Source: Phoronis australis (taxonomy: Eukaryota > Animalia > Phoronida). Taken from it: a stretch of 64,000 nt of DNA. Both the position numbers and the translations under genes were made by a program. Location of the stretch: assembly GCA_002633005.1 (NCBI GenBank), contig NMRA01000322.1, positions 62,001-126,000 of the forward strand, read 5' to 3'. The notes under the pieces are model-generated. The model saw only the letters and a list, made by a program, of their open reading frames with translations, was not told the DNA's origin and ran no database searches. Below, piece after piece: positions 38,001-50,000 of this stretch (positions within the stretch are counted from its first letter, which is position 1; every line of letters starts with the position of its first letter).

Positions 38001-41000
38001 TATGCTCGTGTACGTGACACACACTTTTATTACAGTGTGCATACACGTACACTTTTACATTCAGCAGTTGAGTCTACTTACACGGGCAGAGGTCTGTGTT
38101 GCAGCTTACAGTTTCCCTGTCGTCGCCAGGGCACGATGCTCCAGCGCCTGCTGGAGCAGGGTTGTCGCAAACGCGAGTCCTCACGCGAGTACCACCTCCG
38201 CATGTCTTTGAGCACGAGGTCCAGTTGCCCCAGTCACCCCAGTTGCCGTTGCGATCTGTAATAAAATTGAAGTCGTGATCATTTGGTCAAAATTGGTCGG
38301 CAGATCAGAGTTTTAAGTATTATACAGGTATGGAGGGATACCGAGGGTGATATCAGGTCTGTGCGACACGATACGCCCGAGAAATGCACATGGTAGGTAG
38401 CATCCGTCTGGGTAGTACTCAACGATTTTGACCTGTCATCGCACACATTCTTTAGTCTAAAACAACAGTTCTCGTTAAAAGCACACTGACGTGAATCAAC
38501 CATGATATTGCTAAGCTGAACACATAACATTTTGACCTACCATTACACACGTTGCCAGGTCCCAGAATGTAGCTCTCGTTACAGGCGCACTGATATGAAC
38601 CGACGGTGTTTGTACAGATGCCTCTATTCTTGTCGCACGGGGGGCTAACTGTGCACTCGTCCACATCTGCGCCATGAAAATAAACCATTGTTTGGATGAC
38701 AAACATTTGTTTCGTTGGCTCTGCACGTTAAATTTGATTGCGTGCTTACAAAAAGGAACTGTAAAGCAATGTTTGCTACAAGTCTGGACAGATTACTTCT
38801 AAGAAGTAAAGTTCACACATTTCAAAAAATCGACAATGACAGTAAAATAATTCCAAATCATCGACGAGCAGTAATGTTGCAAACTTTTAAATCAATGATA
38901 TTAATGACACACAAACCCAGGAATGTTGTATTGCCCCACTCGTTACAACTATATGAAAGCGACGATTAGGCCATGCCAAAAAATGAAATTGTTAAACAGA
39001 AGGAAGAATGACTGCCACGAACCGTCACATTTGAATCCGTCTGCGTTAAGCGTCTTTCCTGTAGGGCACACACAAAGATCCGAGCCATTGTTCTTGGCAC
39101 AACTGAAATCGCACTTGGCTGCATAGGCAGACTCGCATTCGAACTCAACGACACACGACTTCTGGTCAAGGTCAAGGCGGTAATTTTTATAACAGGAGCA
39201 GTAAAATGAACCAGCGATGTTGTTGCACGTGTGCTTGCAGCCATGGTTACCGGAGCACTCATCGATATCTGGAAAGAAACACATCAACTTTAAAGGAATA
39301 TAAATGCATCAACACCAACTGGAAACAAGGCGGGTTCTTTCGACGAGAAGCGCCAATCACGAGTAGGAATGCTACTGCATTTGAATATATCCAATATATA
39401 CATACTTGTATAAAACTGTTTCTAATTCCAATTTGTCACGCGTTTCGATAAACAATGAATAGGCAATCAAAAATAAAATGACAAGCGGACAACAGATGAC
39501 GGATCTGACGGCGCTTAACAAACTATTGGTTTTAAAGCCATGTTGAATCTTATCGACGAGGCTCTCCATTTATTACCATTCATATTTGGTAAAAACAGAG
39601 TCTGTATGGATGGTAGAGTTTGATTTCATACCATCTGTCATTAACCGACTTACGTTTCCACATGCGTATAGTAAATTTTAGCAGAAGTCATTTATGGCAA
39701 AGCAACGGTTTGAACATCCTGACCAAATTCCATTTGATACAAAAGCTCAAGATGAAACCGAAGAAACAAAATTGTAGTTTAAGGAAATATCATTTGGCTT
39801 TCGTTTCATGAAACGTTTTATTATTTTTTTTTATATAAAAATCGTTATAAAGTCCTATTTTATGATAGCGCAATATGCAAATTAGAATCATTTTATAAAC
39901 GACTCTAAGCAGCGTTTTAAAGAACGGTGCGTAAAGCACGGTGTCTGGAAGTTGTAAATGAATCCCCTGTCATTTCTGGGATATGGTGTTTCGAAGTTAG
40001 CCAAATTTGGACACATTGTTTCCTAGGTAACCATTAACAAAACAATCCTAGAGAAACACCCGCTTAATTCGCGCCAATGTCCCCTTATGTGTACAATCTT
40101 AAATGGAGAATTCACACCGAACCGATTTTCATCAATTAACAAAATCCGTTAATTGTGGGATGATGTTAGTGGATACATCTGGGCTTTAAATGTTCTTTTT
40201 GTCATACTACGTGTACATGTTGTTCACAATACTTACCATTACAAGTGTAACCGTTGGAAGCCAAGGAATACCCTGAGGAGCAGTTGCAGGAGAAACTACC
40301 CACGTTGTTGATGCAGATGCCACGGCCAGCTCTCTTGTCGCAATTGTCAGTGCCAGCTGCGCATTCGTTGACATCGGCACAGTTAATGCCGTCACCTTGG
40401 TAGCCGGATTTACAGGCACAGGAGTAGCCTGGGGCCTCGTTCGTGCACACGCCAAGGGTCTTGTGGCAACCGTCTGTTTTCAGTGCGCACTCGTCTATGT
40501 CTGCAATAACGTCGTTAAGGTATCGATGATCAACAGAGCAAAAGTGGGTCGGCATCTCGACAAACAGTTCACTTTTTCAATACGATTGGTTGCTACAGTC
40601 CACAGTTTTGAATCGTTTGCGTGAATTGGACAGCGACAACATATTTTTTCCGAACTGTGATGTTTGTTCTTGAAGTAACTACGTGATGTAAAGCCTATTG
40701 TTAAAGAACTAAGTTTTGAATTAGGCAACTTATTGGTACAAAATTGGTATCAATTTGTCAGTGTTTCAGACAGGGCTCATCAGGATTACTCTACACAGTA
40801 CTTGATGCTTCGACTATGAGTCTCGAGTAGTATAACCAACTGTCAATTCTTTAAAAACCCAAAATGAAATTTCTAATCTGAATACTTGACTGAACAGTTT
40901 TCTAAACTCACCGACACATTCGCCGGCTCCATTCTTGGTGAAACCGCTCAAACATTCGCACGTGTATCCCGGATCCTGGTTGACACAGCGAGAGTGGTTG

Positions 41001-44000
41001 CCGCACGAGTAGGTTCCTAGAGCACATTCGTCTTTATCGATACACTTGAATGCTTCTACTTGGGTGTACTTGCTGGAGTCTGAGCACACGCACTTGTAGC
41101 CAGGGGCAGTATTCTGGCACTTGACGTTGTTGGCGCTGTTGCAGAGATTGGTGCTGGAGCTGGCGCACTCGTCGATATCAGTACAGTTGGTGCCAGAGCC
41201 GTCCAGCTGCTGTCCAGTTGGGCACTGGCAAATGTCAGAGCCGTTGACACGAGCGCACGTGAAACTGCAGGTGTTGTTGGATGCACACCTATGAACAGAA
41301 TGAATGTGACATAGAAGTACAATATTCTGAAATTTTTAAATATAAATAGAATAGGAAATTCACAAGTCACTTACAGGGCAACGTTTTGAACTAGAATTCG
41401 ACCTTTTTGTGGGAAAAAATGGGTCCACCTGATGGTAGTCGTAAAACATGAAAAGGGAACTTGATAGCATTGTACATTCGGTTGAAGGCTCTGTGTGTGT
41501 GCTAATAAACAGCCACAATAAGACCAGATAACCTACTTGAGAAGTGATTCACATGTTCTTTTGTCAGACTTCAGCTTGAAACCCGACGGACATGAGCACG
41601 TGTATCCGCCAGTGGTGTCGGTACAGTATTTGCTGCCACTGTTGTCTTTATAGCAATCGTTAGAGACAGCATTAGCGCACTCGTCGACGTCTGAAAACAC
41701 AGAGCATGTACACCTTGTGTTAGTGTTTACCAATGTCGCTCAATAATACACTGCCTCCATGTGCATTACTTTTCCACGCACGCCTATGTCCTAAAAAGCA
41801 CGATATCATCTAATTTCCCACAAAAGCGCAAAAATCATTAAGTACTCATTCAAGGTGTGTTTTTTCTTCAAAAGAAACCTCTAGACGATCGTCAATAAAA
41901 GGGTTGTGCTAACCAAGCCGTGTGAGATTGAATACAGGATCCATTCGTTTAGATAAATGTTACCTCCTTGTGTGATTTCTGTGAGGTCTTTAAAGCGCTC
42001 CTACTATATACATGTACTCAATAAAATTGCATAGCTTCCTTTGTACTGTTTATGAAAATATTATGTCGCTGATAAATGAGCACCATATCCAGCGCCTTCT
42101 GTCTTGACATTGTGTAGTTTGGTAAGTGCACAGCTCCGTCGTGACTTCTTATGTTACAAATATACACTCCACATTGGGCTTCTTAAGATAAAATTATTAA
42201 ACGGGTAAATGTAGAGCTGCGGTGACCTACATGTGGGTTCTTTTCGTTGACATTATGATGATCATAAAATAATGTTACCTGTAGGCTCTCTGTGTTGAAA
42301 TTGTGGTGTTCAAAAATATACAGATTACTCAAGCTACCTGTAAGGTCCCTTGTGTTGACATTATGATGACAATAAATGTACAGCTACTTGGGAAAGTTCT
42401 GCATACATGGGCAGCGCAACAATGAAACAAGTAGAGGGGGGCTATAGCCTCCCAAGTCCTCAATAGTGCGCGTCGCCCAGGCCCATGGGCGGCCCAGCAC
42501 TGAAATAATTGAGGGCTATAGCTCCCCCAGCACCCTATGGTGCGTCGCCCATGGTATAAGCTCTCTGTGTTGACATTATGGTGATTATATATGTACAGCT
42601 ACCTGATGGCTCACTATGCTACCGATACGCAGCTGGTAAATGTTGGAATAACTTACTGTCACATGACTTTCCGTCGTTGTTTAGTGTGTAGCCGTTGCCA
42701 CAGTAGCAGTCAAAACCACCGATCTTATTACTACAACCTTGTGAACATCCGCCCCGATTGGCCTCTGCGCACTCGTTGAGATCGATACATGTGAAGCCAT
42801 CACCAGTGTAGCCGGCTTTACACGAACACTTATAGCTGCCCACGGTGTTAGTGCAGGCGCCGTTTGTGGAGTCACAGTCGTTCAGAACAGCAGATGAGCA
42901 CTCATCGACGTCTGCATGAAAGAAGAACAAGAAAATGAAAATGAACCCAATATTTTGGAAATGGATATTCTTATGTTACTTTTACAAAAATATGAAATTG
43001 TATAAATTTGGGATAAATAAACAAATCTTGTATATTATCAAAGTGTTAAATTTTATGGAATCAAGATTTAACTTTTGGTAGAGGTGTCTTCCACCAAAAC
43101 AAGTCTTCAAAAAATCATATAATAACTTCGTATAAAGTATTGAATTCCTTGTTACGGTTTCATGGCAAACAATCATTAAACTTGTCATGTATATGATCGA
43201 ATATTTCTAAGAGTTTGTGTTAGTAACAATGGGCAGTTGAGTTAGACCCATTCTGTCAGTTTGTTGACAAAACAGTGAGGAGTACAAGAACCATCCAGAA
43301 TTACAGGCTAGTGAGAAGTTCGCACAGTTTGTTTCAGTATTCAGTCTATGGTGTTCAATCTTAGTGAGTGGAACAGTTTGATGTTCAGTCTCTTACCGTC
43401 ACACTTGAACCCGTTGGCGTTTAACGTATAACCCTTATTGCAAGAGCAGGCAAATCCACCGGCAGTATTGGTGCAACTTTGCTCACAGTTGTCTGTTTTG
43501 GCAGCACATTCGTCAACATCTGAAATAGCATGTGACAGCTTTCAGTCGGCTGTTTTTAACACTGGTGTCTAATTGAAACATGAAGATACCTGTCATATTT
43601 TCAAACCAAAGTTTCCCCGAGTACATAACGTGTTGTATCCGGTAGCTCCGGGTGATATTCAGTGGCTGGTCTCAGACTTCGTACAAACTCACAATTTCAT
43701 CATGATGCTGTTTCTTGTGACTTGCCCCAGAATCGACCAACAATTACCCAACTTCTCCAATCGCCCGTCACCAATCCCCCCTCCCGGTGGCCACCAGCCT
43801 ATGCCCGTAACCAACTGCTTCGCCTTCCTGGTTGAAACCCTTTTAACCACCTCTACGGTAGCTGCCAATTCCCCCCCCCCCTCTTATATGTTTGCTGCCG
43901 GGTTTTCTCGCTTTACACGAAAATCTTTATCATACACGAATCTGCACTCTGCCGCTGTCCCCCACCTACTAGTACGCCAATGCACTCACCAATACAGGTC

Positions 44001-47000
44001 CTGTTGTCATAGTCCAGCTTATAACCGCTCTTGCACTCGCACCGGTAGTCGGGCACCAAGTTGATGCAGTTACTGGTAGACTCGACGCAAAGGGAGGTTC
44101 CAGCTGTGCACTCGTTGATGTCTACAAAGAGACTCATAACATAAACTCTTCGACGACGCTTGTAATGTGTGCTTCGTGGAAATTTGTCTAGTGTTACCTG
44201 GAAATTTGCCAGGACCCAAATTTACACGGAAACCTTTGGCAAAACAAGACTACCGATAATGATGTCGAAAGCGATTCAAGCTACATAGAAATGATGTCAG
44301 TTTAGTAGCTTTCTGAATAGAACATGAATGTCAATTTAAGCAGTTTTTTAATTTTACAAGAAAAAGATATTCCACTAACCGACACAGTTTTTGCTGGAGT
44401 CAAGAGCATATCCTTTCGGACACTGGCACAGGAATCCACCGTTTGCGGCGTCGTTGGCGCAGATAGAACGGACGTTTCCGCCGTCGCACGCAGCGCGCTG
44501 CGCAGGGGAGCACACAGACTCTGGCTCGCAGCTTATCAGATCAGCAGATAATTTGAAGCCTGCGTTGCAACCACAAGAATACTTCCCGACTTCATCTATG
44601 CAAGCCTACGAGTTAGAAAATTAGTTATGTACAACAAAACCAGACACGGCTGCAAGGCATTTGAGGTGATGCTCTGTTGGCGCAGCGTCCACTCCAAATT
44701 AGACGCCTTAATGTGGGTGCCAAAGCGACCAAGGTACGTATAATACTTGTGTTACATAATCGAAACTTCACCATAACAACACTTAATATGTTGTGACCGA
44801 AAATTGAGGCTTTGTGGATAGACTGGCAAATATGCTTCAACTCAGTTAGCAAAGTCTTGTCCATCATGAAAAATAATGCATGGACGTACATGTTTGTATG
44901 AAAACAGTCTATATAACATTTAGTAAATAGATTTTACGTTTAAGTTTTAAAACATCACAATTTCACGGTCTATCTTAATATGTTTGAAATTGTACCTGTT
45001 TGCAGTTGTTGTCCAATTGACATTCGTCGATCTCGTCGCATTTCTTGGTTGCTGCGTTCCATTTGTAGCCAGGAATGCAAACGCAGTCGTAACTGCCGGC
45101 ATTGTTTTTGCACTGCGAGTTAGCCGGGCAGGAAGCCGCACCTGTCAAGCACTCGTCGATGTCGCGACATCCGCCGGTCTCGCCTACAAAAAGGCAACTT
45201 TCAATATTTCCTCTGCCAGACATGTATCTCCAATTCAAAAGGGGACAATCTATGCCAAGATTCTTATAAGTTGGTTACAAATAATTTTGATAACTTTTTC
45301 AAAAAAAACGTCATTGTGAGTGTCAAGGGAACTTGGATGATTGTATTGCTCAGTTAGAATCCATTTTAGGTTTTGCCTATCGAGCTTCGTTCAATAGTTA
45401 ATTTAAGGTTATGTAGGACCTTATCGACTGGTCTGTGTATTAGTTAAAACACCTACATGTAGACAATTTTAGACTTTATCTCTGTAAAGGTGTATATCTT
45501 CTGAAAACATTTTAGGAAACAACTGTAGATACTTAGCGAATTCGTACGATACGGTCCGTACAGACCTCTAACGATACGGTCCGTACAGACCTCTATTTCC
45601 AGAACTTCTCTTCCGAAAAAGGAGAGTCGCTAACAAAGCAAGATTTTTAAGACAACAAGAGGATACGACTTTATGGCACACCTGTTAATTTTTACTAGCC
45701 AAATAATCTTACCAGTGCCTTGATATCCAGCTTTGCAAGCGCAGGTGAAACTGCCAACAGTGTTTGTACAGACGCCAAGAGTGGCATCGCAGGTGCTCAA
45801 TCCACGCTCGCACTCATCCACGTCGTTGCATGACTTGAGGTCAGGGGCAAGGTTGTAGCCGTTGTTGCAGGAGCACTGATAACTGCCAGGCAGGTTGTTG
45901 CAGTTCTGGGCACCTGAGGGCAAAAGTATGAGCTATTGTGAGTAGAAATGACATGGAGGGGCGTGCCAGGCAGGTTTGTGCAGTTCTGGGCACCTGAGGA
46001 CAAAGGTCTGAGCTATTGGGAGTAGAAAAGATATGGAGGGGCGTGCCAGGCAGGTTGTTGCAGTTCTGGGCACCTGCGGTCCGTGGTAGATGGTAAAACA
46101 CAACATCGATGGTGGGAAGATGAACGAGAGCAGCAGATAAAATATTTTACAAACGCAGGCTGGCATGTGCACGTTTGTACAAAAAGAGGGGTCACAAATG
46201 TCAGGATCAGTTCAAAGGCCAGGAGTATTTCAAATGTTAGATGGGGGCTGAACTTAAAAAATTCGACAAGTCAAAACGCTGAAGTTAGTTCGAAAACAGG
46301 TGTCATTGGTTTCAAATTGTGTTTCAAAAATGTTGCCACTTGCGAGAATTGCTGAATAGAACATGAGTTGTTTTTATTGAAGAAGACTTGCTGTTAGTGC
46401 TAATATTCTTACTCACATGGCTTCAGTGTGACACATTCGTCCACATCAGCACAGAACGTGCCGTCTCCATCCAATCCGGTGGGACAAGGATCGCACTGGA
46501 ATGCTTGATTGGTCGTGGCAAAGGTTTTGGCGGGAACGTCAGTACATGTGGTGAAGCATGGATTGTCTGCGCATCCGTCAACGTCGATTTCGCAGAATTC
46601 ACCCTCGTAGCCGGGGGTGCATTGGCATGGAACAACGATGAACGGAGACAGACTGGTGACAGCAAAATCGCAAGTTCCCCCATTCTGAAATGATAAATCA
46701 AAAATTAAACCAAATTACATGACATGTCCCTATTTAGTAGCCTCTCAAGCAAAAGGGAACATTTTAAAACAATTATTGCACAAAACATAGTATCTGAAAA
46801 TGTCATATGAGTCCGATCATCCGTTTCTCTAGGATTCCACATTACTTTAACTGCAACTGTAAAGGACCAAAAAAGACAACGTTTAGTGACGGGTGAGTCA
46901 GTCCTTGCTGCTGTTTTGTTCTGTCTTTAAGTATACTTTCGCTCAAAAGTTGTCAGACCAAACTGACAAGCCTCAAACAGTTCACCACTCTTACACAACG

Positions 47001-50000
47001 GTTGCAATAATAGTTAAAGTTGAATCTTTTTGAAATCGCTCAAATGCTCTCGTGGTTTAAAAGATTGATTAATGATCAAAATGAATAAATTTGGAAACAT
47101 TTCCAGCTGTAGCGTGATACCTTGAGAACCTATAATTATTTACTTTTTGAAGGTGTACAAAATGCATTAAAAATTTTAAGGATTTTGGTCTGAGGACAAA
47201 AAAAAAGAATTTGGGGGGTTACTGTTAAACAGATAAAGTTTTAACCTTAACCAGCGATATGAAACAACAAAACCCATAGTGTTTTTAAGGCTATATTAAA
47301 AATCGCCAATTTGCAGTGTTGTCTGTCAGACATTCGCAGAAACCAAGGTTGGTGTTTTTATCGTAAATACGCTGCTTAAGCTACAACGCTATTGAGTGAC
47401 AGAGCATTAGCTGACACTAAGAAGTTAGTGAATTCGACTCCACGCTACTTTCAATTTCGGTAAATTACCGTTTACCTATTTAGTAACTGACTTACTTATT
47501 TACTGCTGATTGTCGTTTGTCATTCATCGGTTCTCATTTTGTTTCTCATCTTTTTATGGACCACAATGCATATAAGAATTTGACTTTTTATGTTATCTGT
47601 GTCTTGCACTTGTATTTTTATTTTTATCTTGTGTTTTTATGTCTTTTTTTCTTTTATTTCTCTGTACGTGAATGATCTTAATAAATCTATTATTATTGTC
47701 ATTGAAAATGTCCCTTAATCAAAAGCGGAAGGTCAATAGAAGCTTAACAGGAGTCCTAAATTTAATTGCATGCTTACAGTATCTATGCTCAGTGACTTAA
47801 AAATACAACCCCCTAATATTTTAAAGAGGAAATCCTTAAATAATTGAACTGACATAAAATTTACTTATCAGAAATTTAAAAAATTTTCTCTATGTCCGTA
47901 GATAATTTTTAAAACGACGTTTAAGTGTACTGGAATGTAATATAGTAGCTATATTTGATAATATTGTCATACAACTGTCTTTTCATGGCAAAACACACAC
48001 CAAAAACTTAGAAATTACAATCCGCAGGGAGGACCACAAGTGCACGTGCTGGGACACGCGTGCTCATAGGCAATGACCATCGCCTCTGTTGGCCCGAAGC
48101 AGAGGCGATGTAGAGGCTATAGGCGCTCTGTACGCCGGAAGCTTTTCGGCGAATTATGCCTCGCACCGGCTAAACCATCAAAGTCACGTTGTTACAAATA
48201 CCTTTTGCGCATAGAGGAACACCTTAGGAGGTTGTCGATGTGTTTAATTCCTTCCAACTCGAACAAATACTCCCGTTATGAAACTTTTTCTTCGAGCAGT
48301 CTCTATTTCAGTTCCCAAAATCGTGAACTCAACTTTTTTATACTGCGCACGCTCCAATTCATGACCTCAATCTTTAAATAGGCCAAAGGTGAGCCATTGC
48401 GGTCTTGGCAGTCAAATGTTCGTTTCCAAAATGCCACCACTTATACTTGTCTTTAATTGGCGTTACTTGAAACTGATTGTATTTCAATGAATCATTGTTT
48501 GTATTTGATAAAAACAAATGCTGTTGATATGACATTTAATAGTCTTTTTGCACATATTTGACATTTTAATGTTTAACAACACGGCAAATGCACGGCTGGT
48601 TCCCGGCAGCACGTACGCGAAGGGCGGGAACTTCAGCTTTCAAAGTTCGCCGGTAGGTCCGCAACTTCTGACCTTCGGCCTGGTTAAAAAAATGAAAAAG
48701 TTGAGTTCACGATTTTGGGAACTGAAATAGGGACTGCTCGAAGAAAAAGTTTCATAACGGGAGTATTTGTTCGAGTTGGAAGGAATTAAACACATCGACA
48801 ACCTCCTAAGGTGTTCCTCTATGCGCAAAAGGTATTTGTAACAACGTGACTTTGATGCCTTAGTCGGTGCGAGGCATAATTCGCCGAAAAGCTTCCGGCG
48901 TACAGAGCGCCTATAGCCTCTACATCGCCTCTGCTTCGGGCCAACAGAGGCGATGGTCATTGCCTAGCGTGCTCAAACTCCCATATTTCTTATCAACATC
49001 ATACTTGAACTTTCTGTCAAGACTTCTTTGTAAAATGGATACAAAAGTTAATTGGCGTTCGTTAGAAGACTATAAAACAAATGCGGACAGGGTAACCCGA
49101 CCGTTCCTACCTGACAGTTGCAGAGTTCCACCTTTGGATTCCACAGAGAGCTGGCCGTGCCATCGCTGACGGTGATTTGCACAGTAGCATTCCTCGCAAA
49201 TTGGACGTTTGTCCACGACATCACTTTGGTTGAGTTGCTGACAGATATTCCTACCGGCGCGTCGGCATTAACCGTAAAAGTCATGGCATCTCCGTTCTGA
49301 TCCGTGGCGTCAAGAGTATGCAAAGTTGGGTAACTTTTTCCGACCTCCACTTCCAGGGTGACGTTGCCGTTGATCTTGGGAGCGTAGTTTTCTATCCAAA
49401 ATAAATTTCAAATTTTTATATTTGTCTTAAGGCAAAAAATACTTATTTCAAAGTTTGTCACCACCATTACGTGTGTCACTGCAAATGCGATGAAATCATT
49501 CCAGCCTGCTTTTGCGTCATTAAAAATGTCAAGGTCGGATTTTGGAATAAGCAATTTCAGTGGAACCGCTAGCTCAATAATTTAAAATGTAAATTTAACA
49601 TCACTTTTTGTTCAAAGCTAATATTGCTAAAATGCAGCCAACTGATATCGCTTTCTTACGCAAATATAGCGACAAAATTATATGCAATAACACTGTTATT
49701 ACAAACGCTGTTACTTACCCAAAGCCTTCTTTGCCGCCTCATTCTCTTCCTTGGCAGCTTTTGCACCGGCTGCAGCTGCGTTATTGTCGGTAACCTTTAA
49801 GTCGAAATAGCATTCCCTGTTGACCGACGGGTCTGGATCGGGGGATTTGCCAGCGCATGTGTTCTCGGCAGAGGTTCGTTTGGCTGAGTCAGGGAACATG
49901 ATGGAGAGATCGGAGTTGAAGAATACGGGTGTAAATGTGTCGTTGTTGAATGTTGTCCAAGTCTTGGCTCCAGGGTAGGCAAAAAGCGAGGTTGCATCGG

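Noticed and set aside
45884-46076. CRISPR-like repeat-spacer pattern (30-nt repeat, 50-nt spacer)
   Set aside because: The spacers are near-identical, the repeat is exon sequence, the context is eukaryotic and there are no cas genes
48073-48960. Two nearly identical ~100-aa ORFs on opposite strands
   Set aside because: Produced by the MITE's inverted repeats; no protein motif
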